Of a DNA stretch of 64,000 nucleotides, positions 41,852-61,769 are shown one piece after another. Numbering within the stretch: the first letter of the stretch is position 1; each line of letters opens with the position of its first letter. The DNA comes from the human T2T-CHM13v2.0 reference genome, Homo sapiens. The notes beneath the pieces are model-generated. The model was given only the letters and a program-made list of their open reading frames with translations, made no database searches and had not been told where the DNA came from. The stretch is taken from assembly GCF_009914755.1 (NCBI RefSeq), contig NC_060948.1; one strand, 5' to 3'. Both the position numbers and the translations under genes were made by a program.

Positions 41852-42420
41852 AGATCCATATTTTTTAAATGAAAAAAAATTTCAAAGGTACTCTGCTTGG
41901 TACAATAATCAAATGTATAAACTGAGGAATAAAACATAACCATGAAACCTACTTATAACTGCATATGGAAAATACAGAGGATAATTTTTTAAATAACATA
42001 GTTTGAAAGCCTTAACTAGTAATTTGAAGAGTTGGCATTTGAAAGGCCAGTATGAATATACCTTCAAAGCAGCAACACAGGTTCCCCATGAGAAAAGGTA
42101 AACTCAGGGAAAATAAAACCACAAAGGTTCAATCGCTTCTGACCTTTGAAAGACACAGCACAGACAGTGGTCCTTAGGACGAAGAGCAGGAGACCCCTAA
42201 TTCCGTCACCATGGCGATAGGGCATAAACATTGCTGGGTGAGGGCACAATCCACATTGAGAGGTCCAACTGCTGCCAGGAAGACAGGAGTGCTTTTACAA
42301 AGACCGAAAGGTCATTGAAGGCTCAGAGTTTTGTTTCAAGAACTGAATCCCAAGCCCACACGTTATTAGGCTGCGCTTCTTAAAACAAGTTATGAGATGG
42401 GAAAAAGGGCACCCACAAAC
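41852..42420. repeat. HSATI, U18
   Basis: Copy of 745-1313. Confidence 0.8.
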
Positions 42421-43951
42421 ATACGTATACATTATGTATATAATAATATACAGTATCATATATATAATATATATAACCTATGTATAATATTGTTTTACAT
42501 CCTGCATCTTATATTATATATATTGTATAAAATATAATAATTCATAGTACATAACGTTTATATTTATAAAATATGACATATAGTATATATTATAATTTAT
42601 GACATATATAATATATGTTATATATCATATATAGAATATATTATACGGTTAAAAAACGTATTAAATATAAATTATACATTATATATATTATATAAAATAT
42701 ATCTGTTATATATAATACCCTTTATGCATAATATATATATTATGTCTATGTTATATATAGTATAAAACAACATATAATAATATATAATTGTATATATAAA
42801 ATGCGACATATAATATATATTATATTTTATGACATATGTAATATATATTATATATTATATATAATACGTTGTATGTATAATACCTATATTAAATATATAT
42901 TATATGACTATGTTATTAATTACATGTCACATATGTTATATATTATATATTTTACATAGAATATACCGGTTACATACAATTTATACTATGTTACCTATAA
43001 TGTATAATTGATTACATGTAAAATAAAGAATGCAATATATTATGTATAATTTATAATATACAATATGTGGAATGTGATATATATAACATATAATATATGA
43101 TATATGATATACAGTATATGATATATAACATACAATATATGATACCTAATATATATGGTATACAATATATATTTTATGATATGTATTCTATATGTTTTAT
43201 ATTCTGTTATATATAACTATTTGAAATTATATATAACTGTATATTTTATGTAAATATGTAATATAATATATATAACTATATAATATATTATATATAACTA
43301 TATATTATGTTATATATACTTTTATAACATAATTTACATAAAATGTCATAATATAATATATATTATATTATTTCACATTACATAATATATATTACATATC
43401 ACCCAATATAAGTAACATACATAATATTATAATATAGATTATATTATGTTATATTAAATATCATATATATCATGTATCATATATTCTATAATATATATTA
43501 CACATTATATAATATGTATGTTGTCTATTATGTGATATATATAACTATATATAATTATATTATTATACATATAACTAGATAAACATGTAATTCTACATAT
43601 TTTCATTTATAATATATAGAATTATATAATCATATATAATTATTTATATTCTATAAAAAATTATATCTTTATATAATTTATAATATGAAAAAATTATAAT
43701 ATGTACTACAAATATATATATTATATATCATATATGATATAGTACCTTTGTTATATATCATAATACATATAAATGTGTATTATGTTATCTATAATTATAT
43801 AATTTCATATATAAGATGTATAATATGTATTATATATTGTCTATGTTATGTAATATATATAGTATATGTAAGCTGACACAGGATAAATATTATATACTAT
43901 GACATATAAAATATATGAGGTTATATGTTACATATAAGGCATAGCACATAA

Positions 43952-44266
<315 letters not shown>

Positions 44267-44835
44267 AGATCCATATTTTTTAAATGAAAAAAAATTTCAA
44301 AGGTACTCTGCTTGGTACAATAATCAAATGTATAAACTGAGGAATAAAACATAACCATGAAACCTACTTATAACTGCATATGGAAAATACAGAGGATAAT
44401 TTTTTAAATAACATATTTTGAAAGCCTTAACTAGTAATTTGAAGAGTTGGCATTTGAAAGGCCAGTATGAATATACCTTCAAAGCAGCAACACAGGTTCC
44501 CCATGAGAAACAGCAAACTCAGGGAAAATAAAACCACAAAGGTTCAAGCTCTTCTGACCTTTGAAAGACACAGCACAGACAGTGGTCCTTAGGACGAAGA
44601 GCAGGAGACCCCTAATTCCGTCACCATGGCGATAGGGCATAAACATTGCTGGGTGAGGGCACAATCCACATTGTGAGGTCCAACTGCTGCCAGGAAGACA
44701 GGAGTGCTTTTACATAGACCGAAAGGTCATTGAAGGCTCAGAGTTTTGTTTCAAGAACTGAATCCCAAGCCCACACGTTATTAGGCTGCGCTTCTTAAAA
44801 CAAGTTATGAGATGGGAAAAAGGGCACCCACAAAC
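44267..44835. repeat. HSATI, U19
   Basis: Copy of 745-1313. Confidence 0.8.
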
Positions 44836-46394
44836 ATACGTATACATTATGTATATAATAATATACAGTATCATATATATAATATATATAACCTATGTAT
44901 AATATTGTTTTACATCCTGCATCTTATATAATATATATTGTCTAAAATATAATAATTGATAATATATAAGTTTTATATTTATACAATATGACATATAGTA
45001 TATATTATAATTTATGACATATATAATATATGTTATATATCATATATAGAATATATTATACGGTTAATATACGTATTAAATATAAATTATACATTATATA
45101 TATTATATATAATACATCTGTTATATATAATACCTATTATGCATAATATGTATATTATGTCTATGTTATATATAGTATAAAAAAACATATAATAATATAT
45201 AATTGTATATATAAAATGCGACATATAATATATATTATATTTTATGACATATGTAATATATATTATATATTATATATAATACGTTGTATGTATAATACCT
45301 ATATTAAATATATATTATATGACTATGTTATTAATTACATGTCACATGTGTTATATATTATATATTTTACATAGAATATACCGGTTACATACAATATATA
45401 CTATGTTACCTATAATGTATAATTGATTACATGTAAAATAAAGAATGCAATATATTATGTATAATTTATAATATACAATATGTGGAATGTGATATATATA
45501 ACATATAATATATGATATATGATATACAGTATATGATATATAACATACAATATATGATACCTAATATATATGGTATACAATATATATTTTATGATATGTA
45601 TTCTATATGTTTTATATTCTGTTATATATAACTATTTGAAATTATATATAACTGTATAATATTTTATGTAAATATGTAATATAATATATATAACTATATA
45701 ATATATTATATATAACTATATATTATGTTATATATACTTTTATAACATAATTTACATAAAATGTCATAATATAATATATATTATATTATTTCACATTACA
45801 TAATATATATTACATATCACCCAATATAAGTAACATACATAATATTATAATATAGATTATATTATGTTATATTAAATATCATATATATCATGTATCATAT
45901 ATTCTATAATATATATTACACATTATATAATATGTATGTTGTCTATTTTGTGATATATAAAACTATATATATAATTATATTATTATACATATAACTAGAT
46001 AAACATGTAATTATACATATTTTCATTTGTAATATATAGAATTATATAATCATATATAATTATTTATATTCTATAAAAAATTATATCATTATATAAATTA
46101 TAATATAAAAAAATTATAATATGTACTACAAATATATATATTATATATCATATATGATATAGTACCTTTGTTATATATCATAATACATATAAATGTGTAT
46201 TATGTTATCTATAATTATATAATTTCATATGTAAGATGTATAATATGTATTATATATTCTCTATGTTATGTAATATATATAGTATATGTAAGCTGACACA
46301 GGATAAATATTATATACTATGACATATAAAATATATGAGGTTATATGTTACATATAAGGCATAGCACATAACATGTAATATATATCATATATAA

Positions 46395-46686
<292 letters not shown>

Positions 46687-47255
46687 AAATCCATATTTTT
46701 TAAATGAAAAAAAATTTCAAAGGTACTCTGCTTGGTACAATAATCAAATGTATAAACTGAGGAATAAAACATAACCATGAAACCTACTTATAACTGCATA
46801 TGGAAAATACAGAGGATAATTTTTTAAATAACATATTTTGAAAGCCTTAACTAGTAATTTGAAGAGTTGGCATTTGAAAGGCCAGTATGAATATACCTTC
46901 AAAGCAGCAACACAGGTTCCCCATGAGAAAAGGTAAACTCAGGGAAAATAAAACCACAAAGGTTCAATCTCTTCTGACCTTTGAAAGACACAGCACAGAC
47001 AGTGGTCCTTAGGACGAAGAGCAGGAGACCCCTAATTCCGTCACCATGGCGATAGGGCATAAACATTGCTGGGTGAGGGCACAATCCACATTGAGAGGTC
47101 CAACTGCTGCCAGGAAGACAGGAGTGCTTTTACAAAGACCGAAAGGTCATTGAAGGCTCAGAGTTTTGTTTCAAGAACTGAATCCCAAGCCCACACGTTA
47201 TTAGGCTGCGCTTCTTAAAACAAGTTATGAGATGGGAAAAAGGGCACCCACAAAC
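46687..47255. repeat. HSATI, U20
   Basis: Copy of 745-1313. Confidence 0.8.
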
Positions 47256-48791
47256 ATACGTATACATTATGTATATAATAATATACAGTATCATATATAT
47301 AATATATATAACCTTTGTATAATATTGTTTTACATCCTGCATCTTATATTATATATATTGTATAAAATATAATAATTCATAATACATAACGTTTATATTT
47401 ATAAAATATGACATATAGTATATATTATAATTTATGACATATATAATATATGTTATATATCATATATAGAATATATTATACGGTTAAAATACGTATTAAA
47501 TATAAATTATACATTATATATATTATATAAAATATATCTGTTATATATAATACACTTTATGCATAATATATATATTATGTCTATGTTATATATAGTATAA
47601 AACAACATATAATAATATATAATTGTATATATAAAATGCGACATATAATATATATTATATTTTATGACATATGTAATATATATTATATATTATATATAAT
47701 ACGTTGTATGTATAATACCTATATTAAATATATATTATATGACTATGTTATTAATTACATGTCACATATGTTATATATTATATATTTTACATAGAATATA
47801 CCGGTTACATACAATATATACTATGTTACCTATAATGTATAATTGATTACATGTAAAATAAAGAATGCAATATATTATGTATAATTTATAATATACAATA
47901 TGTGGAATGTGATATATATAACATATAATATATGATATATGATATACAGTATATGATATATAACACACAATATATGATACCTAATATATATGGTATACAA
48001 TATATATTTTATGATATGTATTCTATATGATTTATATTCTGTTATATATAACTATTTGAAATTATATATAACTGTATAATATTTTATGTAAATATGTAAT
48101 ATAATATATATAACTATATAATATATTATATATAACTATATATTATGTTATATATACTTTTATAACATAATTTACATTAAATATCATAATATAATATATA
48201 TTATATTATTTCACATTACATAATATATATTACATATCACCCAATATAAGTAGCATACATAATATTATAATATAGGTTATATTATGTTATATTAAATATC
48301 ATATATATCATGTATCATATATTCTATACTATATATTACACATTATATAATATGTATGTTGTCTATTATGTGATATATATAACTATATATATAATTATAT
48401 TATTATACATATAACTAGATAAACATGAAATTATACATATTTTCATTTATAATATATAGAATTATATAATCATATATAATTATTTATATTCTATAAAAAA
48501 TTATATCATTATATAAATTATAATATATAAAAATTATAATATGTACTACAAATATATATATTATATATCATATATGATATAGTACCTTTGTTATATATCA
48601 TAATACATATAAATGTGTATTATGTTATCTACAATTATATAATTTCATATATAAGATATATAATATGTATTATATATTGTATATGTTATGTAATATATAT
48701 AGTATATATAAGCTGACACAGGATAAATATTATATACTATGACATATAAAATATATGAGGTTATATGTTACATATAAGGCATAGCACATAA

Positions 48792-49106
<315 letters not shown>

Positions 49107-49675
49107 AGATCCATATTTTTTAAATGAAAAAAAATTTCAAAGGTACTCTGCTTGGTACAATAATCAAATGTATAAACTGAGGAATAAAACATAACCATGA
49201 AACCTACTTATAACTGCATATGGAAAATACAGAGGATAATTTTTTAAATAACATATTTTGAAAGCCTTAACTAGTAATTTGAAGAGTTGGCATTTGAAAG
49301 GCCAGTATGAATATACCTTCAAAGCAGCAACACAGGTTCCCCATGAGAAACAGCAAACTCAGGGAAAATAAAACCACAAAGGTTCAAGCTCTTCTGACCT
49401 TTGAAAGACACAGCACAGACAGTGGTCCTTAGGACGAAGAGCAGGAGACCCCTAATTCCGTCACCATGGCGATAGGGCATAAACATTGCTGGGTGAGGGC
49501 ACAATCCACATTGTGAGGTCCAACTGCTGCCAGGAAGACAGGAGTGCTTTTACATAGACCGAAAGGTCATTGAAGGCTCAGAGTTTTGTTTCAAGAACTG
49601 AATCCCAAGCCCACACGTTATTAGGCTGCGCTTCTTAAAACAAGTTATGAGATGGGAAAAAGGGCACCCACAAAC
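49107..49675. repeat. HSATI, U21
   Basis: Copy of 745-1313. Confidence 0.8.
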
Positions 49676-51211
49676 ATACGTATACATTATGTATATAATA
49701 ATATACAGTATCATATATATAATATATATAACCTATGTATAATATTGTTTTACATCCTGCATCTTATATAATATATATTGTCTAAAATATAATAATTGAT
49801 AATATATAAGTTTTATATTTATACAATATGACATATAGTATATATTATAATTTATGACATATATAATATATGTTATATATCATATATAGAATATATTATA
49901 CGGTTAATATACGTATTAAATATAAATTATACATTATATATATTATATATAATATATCTGTTATATATAATACCTATTATGCATAATATGTATATTATGT
50001 CTATGTTATATATAGTATAAAAAAACATATAATAATATATAATTGTATATATAAAATGCGACATATAATATATATTATATTTTATGACATATGTAATATA
50101 TATTATATATTATATATAATACGTTGTATGTATAATACCTATATTAAATATATATTATATGACTATGTTATTAATTACATGTCACATGTGTTATATATTA
50201 TATATTTTACATAGAATATACCGGTTACATACAATATATACTATGTTACCTATAATGTATAATTGATTACATGTAAAATAAAGAATGCAATATATTATGT
50301 ATAATTTATAATATACAATATGTGGAATGTGATATATATAACATATAATATATGATATATGATATACAGTATATGATATATAACACACAATATATGATAC
50401 CTAATATATATGGTATACAATATATATTTTATGATATGTATTCTATATGTTTTATATTCTGTTATATATAACTATTTGAAATTATATATAACTGTATAAT
50501 ATTTTATGTAAATATGTAATATAATATATATAACTATATAATATATTATATATAACTATATATTATGTTATATATACTTTTATAACATAATTTACATTAA
50601 ATATCATAATATAATATATATTATATTATTTCACATTACATAATATATATTACATATCACCCAATATAAGTAGCATACATAATATTATAATATAGGTTAT
50701 ATTATGTTATATTAAATATCATATATATCATGTATCATATATTCTATACTATATATTACACATTATATAATATGTATGTTGTCTATTATGTGATATATAT
50801 AACTATATATATAATTATATTATTATACATATAACTAGATAAACATGAAATTATACATATTTTCATTTATAATATATAGAATTATATAATCATATATAAT
50901 TATTTATATTCTATAAAAAATTATATCATTATATAAATTATAATATATAAAAATTATAATATGTACTACAAATATATATATTATATATCATATATGATAT
51001 AGTACCTTTGTTATATATCATAATACATATAAATGTGTATTATGTTATCTACAATTATATAATTTCATATATAAGATATATAATATGTATTATATATTGT
51101 ATATGTTATGTAATATATATAGTATATATAAGCTGACACAGGATAAATATTATATACTATGACATATAAAATATATGAGGTTATATGTTACATATAAGGC
51201 ATAGCACATAA

Positions 51212-51526
<315 letters not shown>

Positions 51527-52095
51527 AGATCCATATTTTTTAAATGAAAAAAAATTTCAAAGGTACTCTGCTTGGTACAATAATCAAATGTATAAACTGA
51601 GGAATAAAACATAACCATGAAACCTACTTATAACTGCATATGGAAAATACAGAGGATAATTTTTTAAATAACATATTTTGAAAGCCTTAACTAGTAATTT
51701 GAAGAGTTGGCATTTGAAAGGCCAGTATGAATATACCTTCAAAGCAGCAACACAGGTTCCCCATGAGAAACAGCAAACTCAGGGAAAATAAAACCACAAA
51801 GGTTCAAGCTCTTCTGACCTTTGAAAGACACAGCACAGACAGTGGTCCTTAGGACGAAGAGCAGGAGACCCCTAATTCCGTCACCATGGCGATAGGGCAT
51901 AAACATTGCTGAGTGAGGGCACAATCCACATTGTGAGGTCCAACTGCTGCCAGGAAGACAGGAGTGCTTTTACATAGACCGAAAGGTCATTGAAGGCTCA
52001 GAGTTTTGTTTCAAGAACTGAATCCCAAGCCCACACGTTATTAGGCTGCGCTTCTTAAAACAAGTTATGAGATGGGAAAAAGGGCACCCACAAAC
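51527..52095. repeat. HSATI, U22
   Basis: Copy of 745-1313. Confidence 0.8.
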
Positions 52096-53653
52096 ATACG
52101 TATACATTATGTATATAATAATATACAGTATCATATATATAATATATATAACCTATGTATAATATTGTTTTACATCCTGCATCTTATATAATATATATTG
52201 TCTAAAATATAATAATTGATAATATATAAGTTTTATATTTATACAATATGACATATAGTATATATTATAATTTATGACATATATAATATATGTTATATAT
52301 CATATATAGAATATATTATACGGTTAATATACGTATTAAATATAAATTATACATTATATATATTATATATAATATATCTGTTATATATAATACCTATTAT
52401 GCATAATATGTATATTATGTCTATGTTATATATAGTATAAAAAAACATATAATAATATATAATTGTATATATAAAATGCGACATATAATATATATTATAT
52501 TTTATGACATATGTAATATATATTATATATTATATATAATACGTTGTATGTATAATACCTATATTAAATATATATTATATGACTATGTTATTAATTACAT
52601 GTCACATGTGTTATATATTATATATTTTACATAGAATATACCGGTTACATACAATATATACTATGTTACCTATAATGTATAATTGATTACATGTAAAATA
52701 AAGAATGCAATATATTATGTATAATTTATAATATACAATATGTGGAATGTGATATATATAACATATAATATATGATATATGATATACAGTATATGATATA
52801 TAACATACAATATATGATACCTAATATATATGGTATACAATATATATTTTATGATATGTATTCTATATGTTTTATATTCTGTTATATATAACTATTTGAA
52901 ATTATATATAACTGTATAATATTTTATGTAAATATGTAATATAATATATATAACTATATAATATATTATATATAACTATATATTATGTTATATATACTTT
53001 TATAACATAATTTACATAAAATGTCATAATATAATATATATTATATTATTTCACATTACATAATATATATTACATATCACCCAATATAAGTAACATACAT
53101 AATATTATAATATAGATTATATTATGTTATATTAAATATCATATATATCATGTATCATATATTCTATAATATATATTACACATTATATAATATGTATGTT
53201 GTCTATTTTGTGATATATAAAACTATATATATAATTATATTATTATACATATAACTAGATAAACATGTAATTATACATATTTTCATTTGTAATATATAGA
53301 ATTATATAATCATATATAATTATTTATATTCTATAAAAAATTATATCATTATATAAATTATAATATAAAAAATTATAATATGTAATACAAATATATATAT
53401 TATATATCATATATGATATAGTACCTTTGTTATATATCATAATACATATAAATGTGTATTATGTTATCTATAATTATATAATTTCATATGTAAGATGTAT
53501 AATATGTATTATATATTCTCTATGTTATGTAATATATATAGTATATGTAAGCTGACACAGGATAAATATTATATACTATGACATATAAAATATATGAGGT
53601 TATATGTTACATATAAGGCATAGCACATAACATGTAATATATATCATATATAA

Positions 53654-53945
<292 letters not shown>

Positions 53946-54514
53946 AGATCCATATTTTTTAAATGAAAAAAAATTTCAAAGGTACTCTGCTTGGTACAAT
54001 AATCAAATATATAAACTGAGGAATAAAACATAACCATGAAACCTACTTATAACTGCATATGGAAAATACAGAGGATAATTTTTTAAATAACATATTTTGA
54101 AAGCCTTAACTAGTAATTTGAAGAGTTGGCATTTGAAAGGCCAGTATGAATATACCTTCAAAGCAGCAACACAGGTTCCCCATGAGAAAAGGTAAACTCA
54201 GGGAAAATAAAACCACAAAGGTTCAATCTCTTCTGACCTTTGAAAGACACAGCACAGACAGTGGTCCTTAGGACGAAGAGCAGGAGACCCCTAATTCCGT
54301 CACCATGGCGATAGGGCATAAACATTGCTGGGTGAGGGCACAATCCACATTGAGAGGTCCAACTGCTGCCAGGAAGACAGGAGTGCTTTTACAAAGACCG
54401 AAAGGTCATTGAAGGCTCAGAGTTTTGTTTCAAGAACTGAATCCCAAGCCCACACGTTATTAGGCTGCGCTTCTTAAAACAAGTTATGAGATGGGAAAAA
54501 GGGCACCCACAAAC
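53946..54514. repeat. HSATI, U23
   Basis: Copy of 745-1313. Confidence 0.8.
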
Positions 54515-56050
54515 ATACGTATACATTATGTATATAATAATATACAGTATCATATATATAATATATATAACCTATGTATAATATTGTTTTACATCCTGCA
54601 TCTTATATTATATATATTGTATAAAATATAATAATTCATAATACATAACGTTTATATTTATAAAATATGACATATAGTATATATTATAATTTATGACATA
54701 TATAATATATGTTATATATCATATATAGAATATATTATACGGTTAAAATACGTATTAAATATAAATTATACATTATATATATTATATAAAATATATCTGT
54801 TATATATAATACCCTTTATGCATAATATATATATTATGTCTATGTTATATATAGTATAAAACAACATATAATAATATATAATTGTATATATAAAATGCGA
54901 CATATAATATATATTATATTTTATGACATATGTAATATATATTATATATTATATATAATACGTTGTATGTATAATACCTATATTAAATATATATTATATG
55001 ACTATGTTATTAATTACATGTCACATATGTTATATATTATATATTTTACATAGAATATACCGGTTACATACAATATATACTATGTTACCTATAATGTATA
55101 ATTGATTACATGTAAAATAAAGAATGCAATATATTATGTATAATTTATAATATACAATATGTGGAATGTGATATATATAACATATAATATATGATATATG
55201 ATATACAGTATATGATATATAACACACAATATATGATACCTAATATATATGGTATACAATATATATTTTATGATATGTATTCTATATGATTTATATTCTG
55301 TTATATATAACTATTTCAAATTATATATAACTGTATAATATTTTATGTAAATATGTAATATAATATATATAACTATATAATATATTATATATAACTATAT
55401 ATTATGTTATATATACTTTTATAACATAATTTACATTAAATATCATAATATAATATATATTATATTATTTCACATTACATAATATATATTACATATCACC
55501 CAATATAAGTAGCATACATAATATTATAATATAGGTTATATTATGTTATATTAAATATCATATATATCATGTATCATATATTCTATAATATATATTACAC
55601 ATTATATAATATGTATGTTGTCTATTATGTGATATATATAACTATATATATAATTATATTATCATACATATAACTAGATAAACATGAAATTATACATATT
55701 TTCATTTATAATATATAGAATTATATAATCATATATAATTATTTATATTCTATAAAAAATTATATCATTATATAAATTATAATATATAAAAATTATAATA
55801 TGTACTACAAATATATATATTATATATCATATATGATATAGTACCTTTGTTATATATCATAATACATATAAATGTGTATTATGTTATCTACAATTATATA
55901 ATTTCATATATAAGATATATAATATGTATTATATATTGTATATGTTATGTAATATATATAATATATATAAGCTGACACAGGATAAATATTATATACTATG
56001 ACATATAAAATATATGAGGTTATATGTAACATATAAGGCATAGCACATGA

Positions 56051-56365
<315 letters not shown>

Positions 56366-56934
56366 AGATCCATATTTTTTAAATGAAAAAAAATTTCAAA
56401 GGTACTCTGCTTGGTACAATAATCAAATGTATAAACTGAGGAATAAAACATAACCATGAAACCTACTTATAACTGCATATGGAAAATACAGAGGATAATT
56501 TTTTAAATAACATATTTTGAAAGCCTTAACTAGTAATTTGAAGAGTTGGCATTTGAAAGGCCAGTATGAATATACCTTCAAAGCAGCAACACAGGTTCCC
56601 CATGAGAAACAGCAAACTCAGGGAAAATAAAACCACAAAGGTTCAAGCTCTTCTGACCTTTGAAAGACACAGCACAGACAGTGGTCCTTAGGACGAAGAG
56701 CAGGAGACCCCTAATTCCGTCACCATGGCGATAGGGCATAAACATTGCTGGGTGAGGGCACAATCCACATTGTGAGGTCCAACTGCTGCCAGGAAGACAG
56801 GAGTGCTTTTACATAGACCGAAAGGTCATTGAAGGCTCAGAGTTTTGTTTCAAGAACTGAATCCCAAGCCCACACGTTATTAGGCTGCGCTTCTTAAAAC
56901 AAGTTATGAGATGGGAAAAAGGGCACCCACAAAC
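56366..56934. repeat. HSATI, U24
   Basis: Copy of 745-1313. Confidence 0.8.
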
Positions 56935-58493
56935 ATACGTATACATTATGTATATAATAATATACAGTATCATATATATAATATATATAACCTATGTATA
57001 ATATTGTTTTACATCCTGCATCTTATATAATATATATTGTCTAAAATATAATAATTGATAATATATAAGTTTTATATTTATACAATATGACATATAGTAT
57101 ATATTATAATTTATGACATATATAATATATGTTATATATCATATATAGAATATATTATACGGTTAATATACGTATTAAATATAAATTATACATTATATAT
57201 ATTATATATAATATATCTGTTATATATAATACCTATTATGCATAATATGTATATTATGTCTATGTTATATATAGTATAAAACAACATATAATAATATATA
57301 ATTGTATATATAAAATGCGACATATAATATATATTATATTTTATGACATATGTAATATATATTATATATTATATATACTACGTTGTATGTATAATACCTA
57401 TATTAAATATATATTATATGACTATGTTATTAATTACATGTCACATGTGTTATATATTATATATTTTACATAGAATATACCGGTTACATACAATATATAC
57501 TATGTTACCTATAATGTATAATTGATTACATGTAAAATAAAGAATGCAATATATTATGTATAATTTATAATATACAATATGTGGAATGTGATATATATAA
57601 CATATAATATATGATATATGATATACAGTATATGATATATAACATAAAATATATGATACCTAGTATATATTGTATACAATATATATTTTATGATATGTAT
57701 TCTATATGTTTTATATTCTGTTATATATAACTATTTGAAATTATATATAACTGTATAATATTTTATGTAAATATGTAATATAATATATATAACTATATAA
57801 TATATTATATATAACTATATATTATGTTATATATACTTTTATATCATAATTTACATAAAATGTCATAATATAATATATATTATATTATTTCATATTACAT
57901 AATATATATTACATATCACCCAATACAAGTAACATACATAATATTATAATATAGATTATATTATGTTATGTTAAATATCATATATATCATGTATCATATA
58001 TTCTATAATATATATTATACATTATATTATATGTATGTTGTCTATTTTGTGATATATAAAACTATATATATAATTATATTATTATACATAAAACTAGGTA
58101 AACATGTAAATCTACATATTTTCATTTGTAATATATAGAATTATATAATCATATATAAATATTTATATTCTATAAAAAATTATATCATTATATAAATTAT
58201 AATATAAAAAAATTATAATATGTACTACAAATATATATATTATATATCATATATGATATAGTACCTTTGTTATATATCATAATACATATAAATGTGTATT
58301 ATGTTATCTATAATTATATAATTTCATATATAAGATGTATAATATGTATTATATATTGTCTATGTTATGTAATATATATAGTATATGTAAGCTGACACAG
58401 GATAAATATTATATACTATGACATATAAAATATATGAGGTTATATGTTACATATAAGGCATAGCACATAACATGTAATATATATCATATATAA

Positions 58494-58785
<292 letters not shown>

Positions 58786-59354
58786 AGATCCATATTTTTT
58801 AAATGAAAAAAAATTTCAAAGGTACTCTGCTTGGTACAATAATCAAATGTATAAACTGAGGAATAAAACATAACCATGAAACCTACTTATAACTGCATAT
58901 GGAAAATACAGAGGATAATTTCTTAAATAACATATTTTGAAAGCCTTAACTAGTAATTTGAAGAGTTGGCATTTGAAAGGCCAGTATGAATATACCTTCA
59001 AAGCAGCAACACAGGTTCCCCATGAGAAAAAGCAAACTCAGGGAAAATAAAACCACAAAGGTTCAATCTCTTCTGACCTTTGAAAGACACAGCACAGACA
59101 GTGGTCCTTAGGACGAAGAGCAGGAGACCCCTAATTCCGTCACCATGGCGATAGGGCATAAACATTGCTGGGTGAGGGCACAATCCACATTGAGAGGTCC
59201 AACTGCTGCCAGGAAGACAGGAGTGCTTTTATATAGACCGAAAGGTCATTGAAGGCTCAGAGTTTTGTTTCAAGAACTGAATCCCAAGCCCACACGTTAT
59301 TAGGCTGCGCTTCTTAAAACAAGTTATGAGATGGGAAAAAGGGCACCCACAAAC
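58786..59354. repeat. HSATI, U25
   Basis: Copy of 745-1313. Confidence 0.8.
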
Positions 59355-60908
59355 ATACGTATACATTATGTATATAATAATATACAGTATCATATATATA
59401 ATATATATAACCTATGTATAATATTGTTTTACATCCTGCATCTTATATTATATATATTGTATAAAATATAAAATTCATAATACATAACGTTTATATTTAT
59501 ACAATATGACATATAGTATATATTATAATTTATGTCATATATAATATATGTTATATATCATATATAGAATATATTATACGGTTAATATACGTATTAAATA
59601 TAAATTATACATTATATATATTATATAAAATATATCTGTTATATATAATACCCATTATGCATAATATGTATATTATGTCTATGTTATATATAGTATAAAA
59701 CAACATATAATAATATATAATTGTATATATAAAATGCGACATATAATATATATTATATTTTATGACATATGTAATATATATTATATATTATATATAATAC
59801 GTTGTATGTATAATACCTATATTAAATATATATTATATGACTATGTTATTAATTACATGTCACATATGTTATATATTATATATTTTACATAGAATATACC
59901 GGTTACATGCAGTATATACTATGTTACCTATAATGTATAATTGATTACATGTAAAATAAAGAATGCAATATATTATGTATAATTTATAATATACATTATG
60001 TGGAATGTGATATATATAACATATAATATATGATATATGATATACAGTATATGATATATAACATACAATATATGATACCTAATATATATGGTATACAATA
60101 TATATTTTATGATATGTATTCTATATGTTTTATATTCTGTTATATATAACAATTTGAAATTATATATAACTGTATAATATTTTATGCAAATATGTAATAT
60201 AATATATATAACTATATAATATATTATATATAACTATATATTATGTTATATATACTTTTATCACATAATTTACATTAAATATCATAATATAATATATATT
60301 ATATTATTTCACATTACATAATATATATTACATATCACCCAATATAAGTAACATACATAATATTATAATATAGATTATATTATGTTATATTAAATATCAT
60401 ATATATCATGTATCATATATTCTATAATATATATTACACATTATATAATATGTATGTTGTCTATTATGTGATATATATAACTATATATAATTATATTATT
60501 ATACATATAACTAGATAAACATGTAATTCTACATATTTTCATTTATAATATATAGAATTATATAATCATATATAATTATTTATACTCTATAAAAAATTAT
60601 ATCCTTATATAAATTATAATATATAAAAATTATAATATGTACTACATATATATATTATATATCATATATGATATAGTACCTTTGTTATATATCATAATAC
60701 ATATAAATGTGTATTATGTTATCTATAATTATATAATTTCATATATAAGTTGTATAATATGTATCAAATATTATATATGTTATGTAATATATATAGTATA
60801 TATAAGCTGACACAGGATAAATATTATATACTATGACATATAAAATATATGGGGTTATATGTTACATATAAGGCATAGCACATAACATGTAATATATATC
60901 ATATATAA

Positions 60909-61200
60909 TTTTTTTTTAGACAGAGTCTTGTCCTGTTGCACAGGGTGGGGTACAATGGCGCCATCTTTGCTCACTGCAACATCTGCCTCAAGGGTCCAAG
61001 CGATTGGCCTCCCTCAGCCTCCCAGGTAGCTGGGACTACACCACACTGGGACTACAGCAGCTGCCACCACGCCTAGCTAATTTTTTGGATTTTTAGTAGT
61101 GACAGCGTTTCACTGTATTGGCCAGGATGGTCTTGATCTCTTCACCTTGTGATCCCCTTGCCTTGGCCTCCAAATTTGCTGGGATTACAGGCCTGAGCCA
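60909..61200 (-). mobile_element. Alu in DYZ2 unit U26
   Basis: Copy of the U1 Alu. Confidence 0.95.
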
Positions 61201-61769
61201 AGATCCATATTTTTTAAATGAAAAAAAATTTGAAAGGTACTCTGCTTGGTACAATAATCAAATGTATAAACTGAGGAATAAAACATAACCATGAAACCTA
61301 CTTATAACTGCATATGGAAAATACAGAGGATAATTTTTTAAATAACATATTTTGAAAGCCTTAACTAGTAATTTGAAGAGTTGGCATTTGAAAGGCCAGT
61401 ATGAATATACCTTCAAAGCAGCAACACAGGTTCCCCATGAGAAAAAGCAAACACAGGGAAACTGAAAACACAAAGGTTCAATCTCTTCTGACCTTTGAAA
61501 GACACAGCACAGACAGTGGTCCTTAGGACGAAGAGCAGGAGACCCCTAATTCCGTCACCATGGCGATAGGGCATAAACATTGCTGGGTGAGGGCACAATC
61601 CACATTGTGAGGTCCAACTGCTGCCAGGAAGACAGGAGTGCTTTTACATAGACCGAAAGGTCATTGAAGGCTCAGAGTTTTGTTTCAAGAACTGAATCCC
61701 AAGCCCACACGTTATTAGGCTGCGCTTCTTAAAACAAGTTATGAGATGGGAAAAAGGGCACCCACAAAC
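61201..61769. repeat. HSATI, U26
   Basis: Copy of 745-1313. Confidence 0.8.
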
